A DNA stretch of 62,300 nucleotides, counting the filler, from Choristocarpus tenellus KU-1152 (lineage: Eukaryota > Protista > Phaeophyceae), in NCBI GenBank assembly GCA_964200185.2. It is 12 parts of 12 records of this genome, joined end to end, with 100 filler letters (N's around TTAATTAATTAA, not from the genome) between each part and the next. Parts side by side here need not be neighbours in the genome. Positions count along the whole stretch, not along the records: positions 19,831 to 32,560 come from CAXNAD020001725.1; positions 32,661 to 36,122 come from CAXNAD020019874.1; positions 36,223 to 41,483 come from CAXNAD020011329.1; 9 more parts are not named here. The stretch is one strand, 5' to 3'. Below, one piece after another: positions 25,846 to 38,590 of the stretch; position 1 is the stretch's first letter; each line of letters opens with the position of its first letter. A program made the translations under genes and the position numbers. The notes under the pieces were generated by a model. It worked only from the letters and a program-made list of their open reading frames with translations. It was not told where the DNA came from and did not search any database.

Positions 25846-28667
25846 ATGTGCTTGTTTGTACCAACACAGTATTGATTTCAAAGCACAAAAAAAAATGATA
25901 CGATAATTCTCTACGCTGTCAGCCTTGTCCTCCCCTTCCCTATGCCGTAATCGCTACTATGGACCCATCTCCCTTATTGTCTGGCCCAGCTTGGAGATCA
26001 ATCGACCGCCTATAAGGACTAGAAGAGCCCACTGCAAGACCCTTATACGTGGATATTTGTTTTACAAATATTGCCACTTTGTAATGTTCAAGAATGGACA
26101 TAAGACAAAAGATGGGCATACATTCTACCTTAAGAAACATCTGCACCGATCCAAGACCCGCCGAGAAGTTGGACCCTGGAAATCAATTTCCAAAGGAATG
26201 CCTAAATCATGGCTGCAGCTACATTGGTCTATAGCTGGGTGGTCAAGGCACTCACAGAAGAATGTTGAGGAATGGCACGACAAAATGTGCATATTGAATT
26301 TGATAATCTAATGCGGACGTTGTCATATCTTCTCACAACCACCAGCACTGTTCCACAAAACAAGACAAACTAGGCATCACCTACTTCTAGGACCATGCAC
26401 AAAGATATACCTATGCACATAAGATAGGTGTCTTGCTCGGTCATCCTTCGAAGAATTTGAGTATGTATTACTATCATTATGAAATATTCAACTACAAGCA
26501 CATGTTCTCGTTAGTGCTGAGAAGATTTTGTGAACCCCCTAAAATAGATAGCATGTTGGAATATGTCTCTCTCACTACCACCACTCATCGTAAGAAAGGG
26601 CACAGTATATGACTAATAAAGTCATCACGGGTGGTGCCAATGGTCAATGATCATGTAATATCAATAGTACACTTCTTGTTAATATCTAACAATACATACG
26701 CTTCTATTGCATTGCTTTCCTACGCTGTGCATGCAGCGTGTAAGCGCTACTCCAGAAAACTTCAGAAGCTGAACACTTGTTGCTTCAAAATGTTACACAA
26801 AGAGGATACTTTCCACCACACAACACTGCATAGCCAAGTTCGACAATTGAGGGCCTGAGATTTCTAGTGCAACTAGATTAATGTTAAGGGAGTAACACTA
26901 AGTGAAAGGTAATACTATGTTGTGCCTTGCGAGTGAACACAACTGCAATACTTGTTGATAAACGCAAGCATGCACGTTGGTGGTGTAGAGCTCTAGTGCT
27001 TGTTTTCAAATATGCTTGTATGCATACTTGCAATGGTGTTAGTATCAAGACCCTCACCTGTACACCATAAACGACCTGCTACTATCATTGTATGTCAAGA
27101 CATCCTGCTTCATCCCTATGTCCTTCAGACAGCTTGGACATCCTGAGCTACCTGCTAGAGGCCAGTTGGGGCTGCTGCAGGCCCAACCATAAAAGGCAAG
27201 AAGGGATGGAATCATAGGGAGAGGACGGAATCAGGATGAGGCCCAGGTACTGCCGGAGGACTTGATCTGGGTCTGTACCGTATGCAGTTGTCATGACTAG
27301 TAATGAAGCCCAATGGAGTTGAGCAGGACAGGAACAATTGAGTTGCGTGACTGACTGCTACTTTGAGTAGAGAGAGATCGACTACAGGAATAGAAGAAGA
27401 GAGGAGAGGAAGTGGGAGGTGTCCAAAACAAAACAAGGGCATGGCAATACTGGGAATCCTCTTGGCCATCTATTACGTATACATAGACATGAACAGGCCC
27501 ATTGAGCACGGAGGGGGTAGGTATGAAGTATGAGGAGAGTATCAGGGCTAAAATTATAGGCGAGTCGAAGGGACTGTAAGAGGAGACATATGCCTTTGCT
27601 ATAGTATTCCTACAACAGCTGACTACCATCCTTACTCCTCTTACTAGAAATCTACTTGTCCCTGTCTAAAATAATATTTCCCTCCTGTGCATTTTGAAAG
27701 ACCTCCGCATCACGACATCCTCTGCTTTGAGTACCTCCTGCTCCTCTCATCCCTTCAATTCCAGAAAATATTCCCCAAGGGGATAAGTATGATATTCGAG
27801 CCCCAGAGTTTGGTGCTGCCTCAACCCTCAACTTCTATGCGTTGTATTATGCCATGGAACGCCTGCTCAACCTTGCCCTCTATTGCCACCACCAGCCCCT
27901 AATCCCCCAGTCTCCATTTGTCTTCAATCTCCCGAAGAGAGTCCCTCCTTGCTCACCTGTATCTCCTACTGCTCGTTAATAGAATGTCCACCCAAGTTCC
28001 GCCACCTCTTGATATGGATATTGGCTGCTACCGTTTAAGTCCTGGAGGTCCTCCTCGCCTTAATGAACAACATCCTGACAGAGAGCTGTTGTATCTATCC
28101 TTTTTGAGGACGAGAAACAAAACACAGGAATAATCAGAGTAGTAGAATGGTCATGGTCCTCTTCAGTGGTATTAAGTGACTCTACCACACAAGAACCTAA
28201 AACAACAGAGAAATGATCTACTTGCAGCACTGCTTGAGACTGCAGTTGATATCCTACTACTAAAGCACACACCGAATATTAGCAATTCTGTATTTGCTGT
28301 TAACACCAGAGGAGGTTGTTGAGTTAATATCCTGAGTCCCACTTGATGCCCCTTGTACACTGCAGGGTATCATTTTGGTCACGATGGAATTTTGCGGAGT
28401 GATTTAATAGCTTCAGGTGTGTAGGTAATTAATTGCCTATATCACACAATAAACTCCTAGAATATCAGTTCTCCCAAAATATCGAAGTGCCAATTAACAA
28501 TCTACCGAGTTCTATAAATGAACACATTATAATCCAGAGAGTAGGGAATCTCTTCCAGATATCCTATCAGTATATGTAACTTTCATGTTCATTCTGCAAG
28601 AAATAGAAGAAATGGATGAAAAATGTACATCACGCAGGACGCGAATACCATTCTAGGTGAACGTAGA

Positions 28668-28925
28668 GAGCCAAGGTAAACGAGAGATACCCAGGTTTTG
28701 ACCGTTTTGCATTATAGGCCAACTTTCCATTTTTTTGCAATTCACTGATATTTCTATGATGAAGTGCTAGGTTTGATTTGAGAACATTGGCTTCTCTATT
28801 TTTTGAACCTTTCGACACAATTCAGAATGCATCCTGTACAAACATGTAAAAAACCCCCGAATTTTGGACATGTTTGCCAGTATCCTTAATATACAACTCT
28901 GGGTACCTCTTGTTTGCTTTGACTC
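28668..28925 (+). mobile_element. MITE family C
   Basis: GAGCCAAGGTAAACGAGAGATACCC ... GGGTACCTCTTGTTTGCTTTGACTC. Confidence 0.85.
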
Positions 28926-29409
28926 ATGGAAACAGCATGTCAAGCAGACAAACGCGCTTTTGTAAATGAAAAACATAACCAGAAACGGGTAGGTGACATT
29001 GATGTGGGCATGTCATCTCCACAGTATGACAAAATCAGATAGTAATACAAAACCAGAGATCAACTATAGGTGGATGGAGTAAGGGGGTGAATAAGGAAGA
29101 TTGGAGTTGAAGGGTCAATATCACGACTTTGAATTGGATATCAGTTGTGGGTTCTACATCGAGTGGTGATACAATTTCCACTCCTTGAATGCTTCTCTTT
29201 GAAATACGGACAAGATCGCAATTAAGGAAGCAAAACAGTCATATCACTAAGGTCCAGGTATTGTCACACTCTCTGCCATGAACCCTAGAAATTTCTCATC
29301 CATTTGAAATATTTGTGGTGTTTGTAAAAGATTTCTCTAAGTGGAGGAAACAGCAAAAGATGGTGTAAAGTTGGTTGTGAGGGGAAGACAATTACAGTGA
29401 TCAATCAAT

Positions 29410-29659
29410 GGCTCAACGTATCTGGGGGGGGGGGTCTNNNNNTTTTGTGGGTGGAGAAAAAAATTGTATGATAAAACCAAAGGCCAAAAGCGCTTGGGGG
29501 GGGGGGGGGGGTCTACACCATGGTGTCCATGGAGCCCTGACCAGAAGAAGTGCACTTTCATTATCCATCCGACCCATGCAACCAAATCACCCAAAATCAA
29601 GATGTGGAAAAATGGGCCCCAACATGGACAGCCGATAACCCCCCCCAGATACTTTGAGC
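29410..29659 (+). mobile_element. MITE family B (internal N gap)
   Basis: GGCTCAACGTATCTG(n) ... C(n)AGATACTTTGAGC. Confidence 0.8.
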
Positions 29660-32241
29660 AAATGCGCTTGGTTATGTGCATCTGCGTCCTGGAGAAAAAC
29701 ATTGGAAAGTCATGAACAGTCTGTATACAGCACATGTGGAGCCCTAGATCGACCATGACTCATTGCCGCTTATTAGCTGGATAACCTAAGAAGTGGTGTA
29801 TAACAGTGGGACCTTTACATGTCCAGTTCGTGCTGCAATATGGGCAAATGATCACGGCTTAGCACTTTTCGACCAGGCATGTTGCTACGATAATACTTTA
29901 TAATCCAGATCTTGCTACGTGCTAAGCCAGAGTGTTGCAGATAGCATGGGTAATTCGAACAAACTGCAACTCCAAGCCTTCACAGCACTGTTGTGGATTC
30001 AAAATATTTATCACTATAAGTACAAGTTCAACCCACTCAAAAGATTTCCAAATATACTTGACCATAATCAAAAGGTATACATAGCATACGAAGTGAGGTG
30101 TGCAAATCACAAGCTCTGTAAGAATTACACAATTACACAAAAACAATATCAATATACTCCTCATTTTTCGTTTTTGTTTGATCAATATATTATTGAATCA
30201 TAGTGGTTGAATCGCTACAATTTACAGCAATAACAAATAGAGCTCTATGTTGTATACTGCATTCATCAGTTCAAATTAATGTTTTCTACCTAAACCCGGA
30301 ACAAGAGACCGCCAAAGTGACCAGAGTGGTACCGATGTTTTGAGGAAAGTTTGCAGAGTGAGGAATCCTATTTCTCAGGAGTATATTCTGATTAGTAGCC
30401 TACTCTATTGGTGCAAATGTTGATATTCGATTATGCTATGTCCCAACATCGTCAACCTTGACGACTCATCTCCAAAAACAAATACTGCACACACTGTGTT
30501 GCATGAAAGGTTCATTTGCCCCCTTTTTCTACGGTACAAGCTACTCATCATCTCCTCTCACTCCAGTCCAGGTCCTTCGATATCAGCAGAAAATCTTGAC
30601 TCAAACTTGGAATTCCTTATCCTCACCCTTCACCGTATCTTTCAAGCATTCCTGGTAAACCTACTACTGCAGCACCAAATCCCAAAATCTCACATCAAGG
30701 GCTAGACAGGTTTGCCCACAGTTTCTAACCATATCGTGAACAATGAACAAGATGCACTGCGGGGTCAAGGATAAGCATTGGAGGGTAAGATGAGGTTGGT
30801 GAGTCAGGCGTCACACAGGGTGGATTCAGCAGATACAGGTTGTATGGTCGCAGGATTACCCCTTACATTCTTTCTCCTCCACTGGGGAATGGATATTTCC
30901 TCAAAACACATCACCCATGAGTAATTTGAAAACTCAGGACAAATCTAAAGATATATCAAGGTGTCCTGTTCCATAAACATCTAGCCACAAAGTATACAGG
31001 AAGAACGGGAAATGCACCACCACACTTCTCCCTCTCAAGAAGTCTACCAAATGTTTGCAGTGATTAGTTTCAAGTGACATATACCATAAATACCATTAAA
31101 CTCCTTGTATCCAGTGTATACTTGCTGTCCAGATCTAAGAATTCAACCTTCTCTCACACTGATTGATAAACGTGGTCAACCCTCAAAGGACAGTGTGTAA
31201 TGACCAATACATTCACTGGAATCCTTTTACAATGGTAAAACGCCAGAGTATACCCCCTCTCTGGTGTGAGGGTTGCAACTGAAGTATTGACCAGGGATAG
31301 TGAAAATCTAGACATTCTTTCACCAGGGTGTTCTTTGGAATATATTTAACTCAAAATAGTATGGAATACTATGTAACGATTAGAAAGTATCCTGATTGGA
31401 GCGATATTCTATTGGTGCAATAAAGGTTGAGGACAGTTGAATGGATAAATTCTACTGTAGTGGACACTTGGTTAGGTGTGAGACCCAAGAAGTGAGAGAA
31501 CAGAGGAAGGTTGTGGAGAGACAATGAATATGGCCCTCACGACCAAAGAATGCCATTGCATCAGTTATAATCTTGTGTTGTTTTCAATCACAACACCTGG
31601 TGTTTTCTCTATAGCACCCAATATGAAAGAAGTTATCCTCATGCATCTGCTATCACTATGGCACATAATTCGTTTTGACGAAATAAGACGAATGCACCTT
31701 TGCCTTCACTATAGATATATCGGTATCTCAAGGCGAATGAAAAAATATTTATAGTGTGTAGTCTATTGACATGATACTTAGAATTCATTCTTGACTTCAG
31801 ACACAGATTACATGTAGAAGGTAATGTATATAGGGTATAAACAGTATCTCGTGAGATACCACGGTTGTATCCAAGTACAGCAGACTAAACCTGAGAAAAT
31901 TTTCTTAGGTCTCCTTGCAGGCATACCAACGCCACTCAAGCAGAGAGTGCAGTAAGGGTGGCAGCCTCTTGGAAATGATCTTGTATAATTGAAATAGGAG
32001 GAGGCAACAAAACATCCTATTACAATAAAGAGCCCTGAACAATGGGCAGCAAGTACAACTATCCCTTAGCACTAAAAACAATACTAGTCCGCATGCCACC
32101 CTCTTCCCTACTAGAAATACCTACTTGAAAACAGGTTTTGCCTTTGCCTCCTGATTTTGGAGACGTTTCTCATAATTCAACTAAAAGAAATAGAGGAATG
32201 CTTTGACGACTAATTCCACAGCACTTCCTTGTGGGGTTGGT

Positions 32242-32258
32242 GGTGTTGACTAAACACC
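32242..32258 (-). promoter_or_regulatory. Histone mRNA 3' stem-loop-like element
   Basis: The minus strand reads AAACT-GGTGTT-TAGTC-AACACC-ACCAA about 78 nt after the H2B stop: a 6-bp GG...CC stem with an A-rich 5' flank and an ACC 3' flank. Confidence 0.7.
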
Positions 32259-32336
32259 AGTTTGTACGGGTTATGCAAAAATCGAATCATTTAGAGAGGG
32301 ATTCTGATTCAAAGTTGAAGTAGTCCCAACGAGGAT

Positions 32337-32560
32337 TTAGGACGAGGTGAACTTGGTGACAGCCTTCGTACCCTCAGATACAGCGTGCTTAGCGAGCTCA
32401 CCAGGGAGCATCAGGCGCACAGCCGTCTGCACCTCACGAGAAGAGAGAGTTGCCTTCTTGTTGTAACGGGTCAGGCGACCAGACTCGCTCGCCACACGCT
32501 CGAACACGTCATTGATGAATGAGTTCATGATCGACATGCCCCTCTTAGAGATACCAGTAT
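32337..32560 (-). CDS. H2B: Histone H2B (3' part; 5' end lost at contig break)
   Basis: [74 protein letters not shown]; no intron in this part. Confidence 0.98.
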
Positions 32561-32730
32561 NNNNNNNNNNNNNNNNNNNNNNNNNNNNNNNNNNNNNNNN
32601 NNNNTTAATTAATTAANNNNNNNNNNNNNNNNNNNNNNNNNNNNNNNNNNNNNNNNNNNNAAAAAAATCGATCCTATATATAAATCATTATTTGTTCGCA
32701 TCCCAATTGTATACCACCAATGATAAATAC

Positions 32731-35547
32731 ATCCCCTCTCCATTAGGCCATAGATCTCCCGGGGGCTGCGCACAACCCACTCCGACAGGCCCTCTACAAA
32801 GACACCCCTCCTCTTGTCCTCGCGGATGGTGAGGTTGTTCCGTTCTGGCTTCAGTAGGTCTGAGATCTGTTCGTTGTAGATCTGCAGGTAGGAAGCACGG
32901 ACTAGGAAGCGCATCCTGGGGCCGAGGGCGTGGGGGATGCGTGTGCGGTTGCATCATCATGCGGTGTTGTGTTGTGTGTTTTGTGTTGTGTGTTGTGTGT
33001 TGTGTGTTGTGTGTTGTGCTTGCTGTGTTATCAAGCGATGAGAATTAATTGCGGCGTGTTTATTTTATGTGTGTTGGGTTTTTTAAAAGTTGAGTCATTC
33101 TTCGGTATGTCGTCTTGCGTTCCGTGCTTGTTACGTACTGCATTATTTGTTGTTGTGTTGCATCTTGTGTTATCTACTGTGTTATGTACTACGTTAGGCA
33201 CTGTGTTGTTTGTGAGTGTTACACACATTGCTTGTCCTGTTACATCACAGTGTTTCACACAATAGGTTCAGTTTAGTGTGCATTGCTTTTTTGTCGAAAG
33301 GCTTTTGCAAAGTGAGAGCAACACAACCGGAGCCTGGCCCAGGATTAACTGCGGTCTTTTTCTTTGTAGTTGTTAGCGGGCATCATGCCTCAAGAACCAG
33401 CAGTATCATCAGCAGCTAAAGCAATTCGTTCTCTTCAAGAACCTATGCAAAACACTTTTTTTGGCACCCCTTGCTCTCGAAGTCATTTCGGTGCAAGGAC
33501 AGATATAGCAGTATCAGTTCAAACATAAAATATGCCTCTAGGTAGGAAAAAAAAAACAGAATTGACTAAACGAGAGTGTGATAGCATGATCTGAGATAGA
33601 TTGACAGAAACAAAGAGCAATTACATGGTCTGCGCAACTACTCGTCCCCCCCTCCCCCCCCTGGACCATGTACGCACACAAATGCAAATTTGTCGGGTGT
33701 GTGTCAATGGATCACCCACCTAGGGCTGGCGTGTCTCTGGATGTGTCCAAACACCTGCTCAATAGCCCGGGGAATAATACCCCTGTCCTCTACCGAAGCC
33801 CCTCTCTTGAAGCCTTCCATGGTGTAGGTTTTACCAGTGCCCTGAGAAACAGGATTCAAGGCCCCCCCGTTTCTGCTTGAGCTTTCAACCTTATCGTACC
33901 ACGCTAACTAACTAACTAACTAACTAAATAAATAAACCACCAAGCGATACGCTTCGAAACACAACATAAGATAATACAAAAAAAAAAGAAGAGGCGCTAC
34001 AATAATAAAAAAAAGGACTATAAGGCAAGTGTTATTATTAATTAAGGGCGGGGGAGACCGAGACCGAGACCGAGACAGGGACGGACACAATCCTACTTGA
34101 CGAGTTCTGCCTTCAGCAAATAATAAAAATAAAATTGGGTTTCGGTTTGGGAGGCGGTGGTGTGTTACACAATGAAGAGTGAAATCGTCGATGAAACCAC
34201 TTGACATTATTATACAAGTCAAATGCAGTGCACAGTTCAGGGTAAGTATGCACAGCGCCATAATACTGCTCCGCCGATCTCCAACTTCTTACCCGACAGG
34301 ATTCCAGGGTTTCAGGATTGTTTGGCGTCGTGCTTCTGGTTGAGACTTAGTTTTCCTACCAAAAAAGAAGGCATACACGTGCATGGGCGTGCGCGTGCGT
34401 ACGTCGATCAACGCACTCCGTTGCTACAAAAAAATTAAAAAAATCAGTTTTTTTTTTTTAATCGAGTTAAAAATTGCTAAAGATAAAAAAAGAAAGACTA
34501 GATTTTTGAATTGAAAAGTTTTTTCATAATCGCTAAAAAACAAACTAGATTTTTGAATGAAAAAGTTTACATGATCACTAAAATAAAAAAACTAGATTTT
34601 GAATTTTAAAAAAGTTAAAATAATCGATTTTGCGACGGCAAATTAAAATTCACACAGGAAAAAAAAAAATCAGCGCAGTCGATTAATAACCTAAAAACAT
34701 TAACGAAGCTCAAAAAATGGAGGCGTGCACGCACACCTCTGAGTTCCAAGGGCAATGCGAGTAGCAGGCACTCATTAAAAAAATAGCCAGTGTGAAAAGT
34801 ATCCTTTAAATCTATGCATTAGAATGTATACAATATAATATGATATTATATATATATATGCCAGAGTATCTGCACTTGTCCATGTAGAGCCTGCCTGCAC
34901 TCTGTCACCAGAGTGTCCCCGGGGTAGATAGAGACCAGGATCTCCATCGCAGGACAAAAAAGATTAATTTGATGGACCATGTGGCAAGTGCATCGGAAGG
35001 GTACACCTGTACCCTTTTTTGCCGATCTATGCACAAAGTCAGAAAGAGGTACAGGTACACGCAGGAAATATCCGGATTATCGTGGGAAAATTCCTTGTGG
35101 ATGGAGGGAGTATGCGCCAGATTCGAGGGTGGGGATGGAAGTCACCGGTGGTGGGATGGCTTGAACTCGAAGTGTGAGAGAACGATCAAGGCATGCACGG
35201 GGCAGTCTGATTAGTCGTAGTGCACAACCGTGAGTTAGGGTTAGGGTTAGGGTTAGGATACAAGAAATAGGGCAGTGTGTACAGACAGGTAGGCGCGTTT
35301 TGAACATAATCTAACAAGAGAATGCATTTTTTGAGAGCGGAATTAACTTGCACTCACAAAAAAAATTATTTCCGTTTAAATTTTTATATTTTCAAGGGGC
35401 TATTATACACTTGCCGCACGTGCACACAAACACACATAAACACAAAACAAAAAACACACACACCATCACCACGTGCTCAACATCGCCTGGCAGAAGGGAA
35501 ACCCAACACCAAAGGGGCTCTTACTGCAGGCATGCACACCATCTACA

Positions 35548-35579
<32 letters not shown>

Positions 35580-35680
35580 GGTATAGGCTTGTATCTCACC
35601 GTCTGTCCATAGGCAAAGACAGTGGCGTTGTAACCCTGCAAACTGCTCTCCACCACCTCCATGGCAGTCGTGTCATACAC
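32731..35680 (-). CDS. Kinesin motor domain, three internal exons (35600-35680, 33720-33841, ~32731-32915)
   Basis: Spliced product [27 protein letters not shown]|[10 protein letters not shown]...[12 protein letters not shown]...|[22 protein letters not shown]...GVFVEGLSE. The P-loop GQTGTGKT is split by a phase-0 intron; phases are consistent. Confidence 0.95.
35235..35257 (+). repeat. Interstitial telomere-like (TTAGGG)n
   Basis: TTAGGG x ~4; shorter arrays near 2732, 3953, 8712, 12141, 19362 and 61787. Confidence 0.7.
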
Positions 35681-38331
35681 CTGTTCTTGTGTTTCATCCC
35701 CAACAGACATTCCAACATTGAAAGTAAGAGTGTAGCTTTAAAAAAAATACAAAACACACACTCATGGTTATCTACTCTTGAAAAAAATTATTACAAGAGA
35801 GAAATAATAATAATAATAATATTTTTATGTCTATTTTTTTTTTTTTAACATTTATGGTTAACTACTTTTGAAAAAATGATTAAAAAAACAGAAATAACAA
35901 AATTATTACAAGAGAGAAATAATAATAATAATAATATTTTTATATTTTTTTTTTTTTTAATATTTATGGTTATTTATTTTAAAAAAAAAAAATAAAAAAA
36001 AAGAAATAACAATGATAATAAAAATGATAATATGCCTAGAGTTTTTTTTTTTTTTTTTTTTAACATTTATAGGGTTATCTAATGTTGAAAAAAAGATTAA
36101 AAATAAATAATAATAATAATATNNNNNNNNNNNNNNNNNNNNNNNNNNNNNNNNNNNNNNNNNNNNTTAATTAATTAANNNNNNNNNNNNNNNNNNNNNN
36201 NNNNNNNNNNNNNNNNNNNNNNCCCTTTTCAAACCACCCCTCCCCCCCCCAGATACTTTGACGTACCTACTAACAAATATTATTACTATCCACTGTGAAC
36301 CATCCTGACCTGTGGTCAGAGGCACTACATACTACACTACTTTTAATATGAACAACCATTATTTTAAATTACAATTATAACTATCCATTGCACTGTACCT
36401 CTTCCGTTCATGCCTTGCTTCCTAGACCTTGGGTTCAGTCATCCCAACCTCCGTCGCTCCACCTCCTTCCTCGAATCTCGTGCTGTGTTCAGTATCACTG
36501 GTCAATAAAGTCACCTCGATTTTAGTCAAGTGTTTTTTTGGTATACGGGACATATATGTATATATATTGTTATAGGTAGGGTGTACATTCTATAATAGTG
36601 CAATACATAGAAGTACTTGCCACATGGATTTCGGCGAAATGAAACCAGGTTTCATCGTCAGGCAGGCGAGTAACCCTCGGGGATATTTGGCTTGCTTTGC
36701 ACTTGGTAACCTCGGCGACCAATGTTGGTTAGCAGTTGGGCACCATCTGATCCTCTTTTTGCACTCCTTGTTCCCAGTACAACGAGGTCCTTCTTGAGGT
36801 TCTAGGAAGTGGGATTTGTATGCAATCATTCTGACGAAATTACTTTCGCAACCTACTCCCTTCCACTCGAAATGGACAATATGAGTGGGTCGTTCGGGGA
36901 GAAGGGACCTCCGTTCATCGGTCCTTCCAACACCTGGAAAATGTCGACGATGGGAAGGGCGAGATCCAAACTCTGATGAATGCAACCAGAGGAACAGAGG
37001 TGGGAATGTGGTCTGTACTCTATTTGGGTTGCTGTGTTCGTGTCTATTCCTTACACGAACATTTGGTGAAGACACTATTCCCTTCTCTCTCGAGTATCAC
37101 CTGCAACATCATCCCCTTGTGTGCTCATCCCTGCAAATCACGTTACAATCATTTCTTTACACTTTGTCCATAGAAATATACCCATCCACAGAATTACACG
37201 CACCCAAACCAACATATTGCGACAACGCTGTCCAGCGAAAACACTATTCAGCATTCTTGTGTCTCACTTGCGACATGATGGGGTACTGCTGGGCGCAATG
37301 CTGTCAGTGAGAAACAGGGGAGGTTGAACAGGAGGAGAAAGAAGAAAGAAAGGAAAACATTCGCTACGTAAAGCCACTGTTCTCCTGGACTATCTAGAGT
37401 AAAGGAATAGTGGTGGGTGTGTCCCTGGGTAATCCGGTGAGGACTTGGTTGGAGGGAAAAGAGGAGAAGGAGAACATACACCACCAGATAGAGCCAGTGT
37501 GTTCGAGGACCAGTAGGAGGGAAGCCTTGGGGAGGTGTGTGGTTGAGTATCAGGACTGTGGAATATTCGAGGATCGAGCTTATTGCATGTTTGTAGGAGT
37601 GATATCTTCTGTTCATAACTTGACAAAGAATGAAGCATCATACCAAAACATCACACTCATCCCTCCAACACAACCTAATCCAAATCATGTTCTTAGTCAA
37701 CCATAACCCATACGTTCCATAATATATATTATCAAGTACTATACATTTTTTTGTGGGTTACATACAAGTTGAAAGGAAGGGATGAGTGGTTCTGACGTTC
37801 CGATTTCCGACATTTGACGATATTGTAGTTTCAAATTATATATATTGATACTAGAATACTACAATCATATATGAATAATTGTTTTGGTACGAATAAGTAT
37901 AACAATGGATTTTTATGTTTATTATTCTCTTCACATGTTTCTTACAATTCTACATGTATACAACAATAATACTATAATATTAGTATTGAAATACTACCTC
38001 TTCTTCGGAAAAACATTGTATATTTGAAATGACTTCAAAGTGGAACATTGAAGGACCATACATAGACGGTTGATGTGTGTGTTACTTGACGAGAGGAAGT
38101 AATTTGTGTCTCCATATACTATATACCCGTTAGTCTTCGAAATGATGGAACCTCTTTGAAATTCCAAGCCCTTCAATGACGCACAAAGCTTTGCCCACAC
38201 ATTAGGTTTTCTCGTTTCCCCTCACCAGTAAGGAACCACCCTCGATAGGTTGAGCACGACCTATCCATACCCAAATACTATGCATACATGCAGTCAATGC
38301 AGCGTTGAATACCGAGGATGGTACCAATAAT

Positions 38332-38590
38332 GAGTCAAACCAAATGAGAGGTAGGCAATTTGAACCCTTTTGCACTCTAGCCCATATTTTTACCCTTTGC
38401 AATACAATCAATTTTCATTGCTTCATGTGCACATTGATAGTGTACGCAATATTGATATTCCCCCTTTTCACACACAAAACGACACCAAAATTCAGCAAAG
38501 ACTACTTTTGCAATAATACAAAATGGCGTCATTTTGAACTTTCTGGGGATCCTTAAAATGCCCCTGCCTACCCCTCAACTGATTTGGCTC
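38332..38590 (+). mobile_element. MITE family D
   Basis: TIRs GAGTCAAACCAAATGAGAGGTAGGCA ... TGCCTACCCCTCAACTGATTTGGCTC; flanks TAAT/AAAT. Confidence 0.8.
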
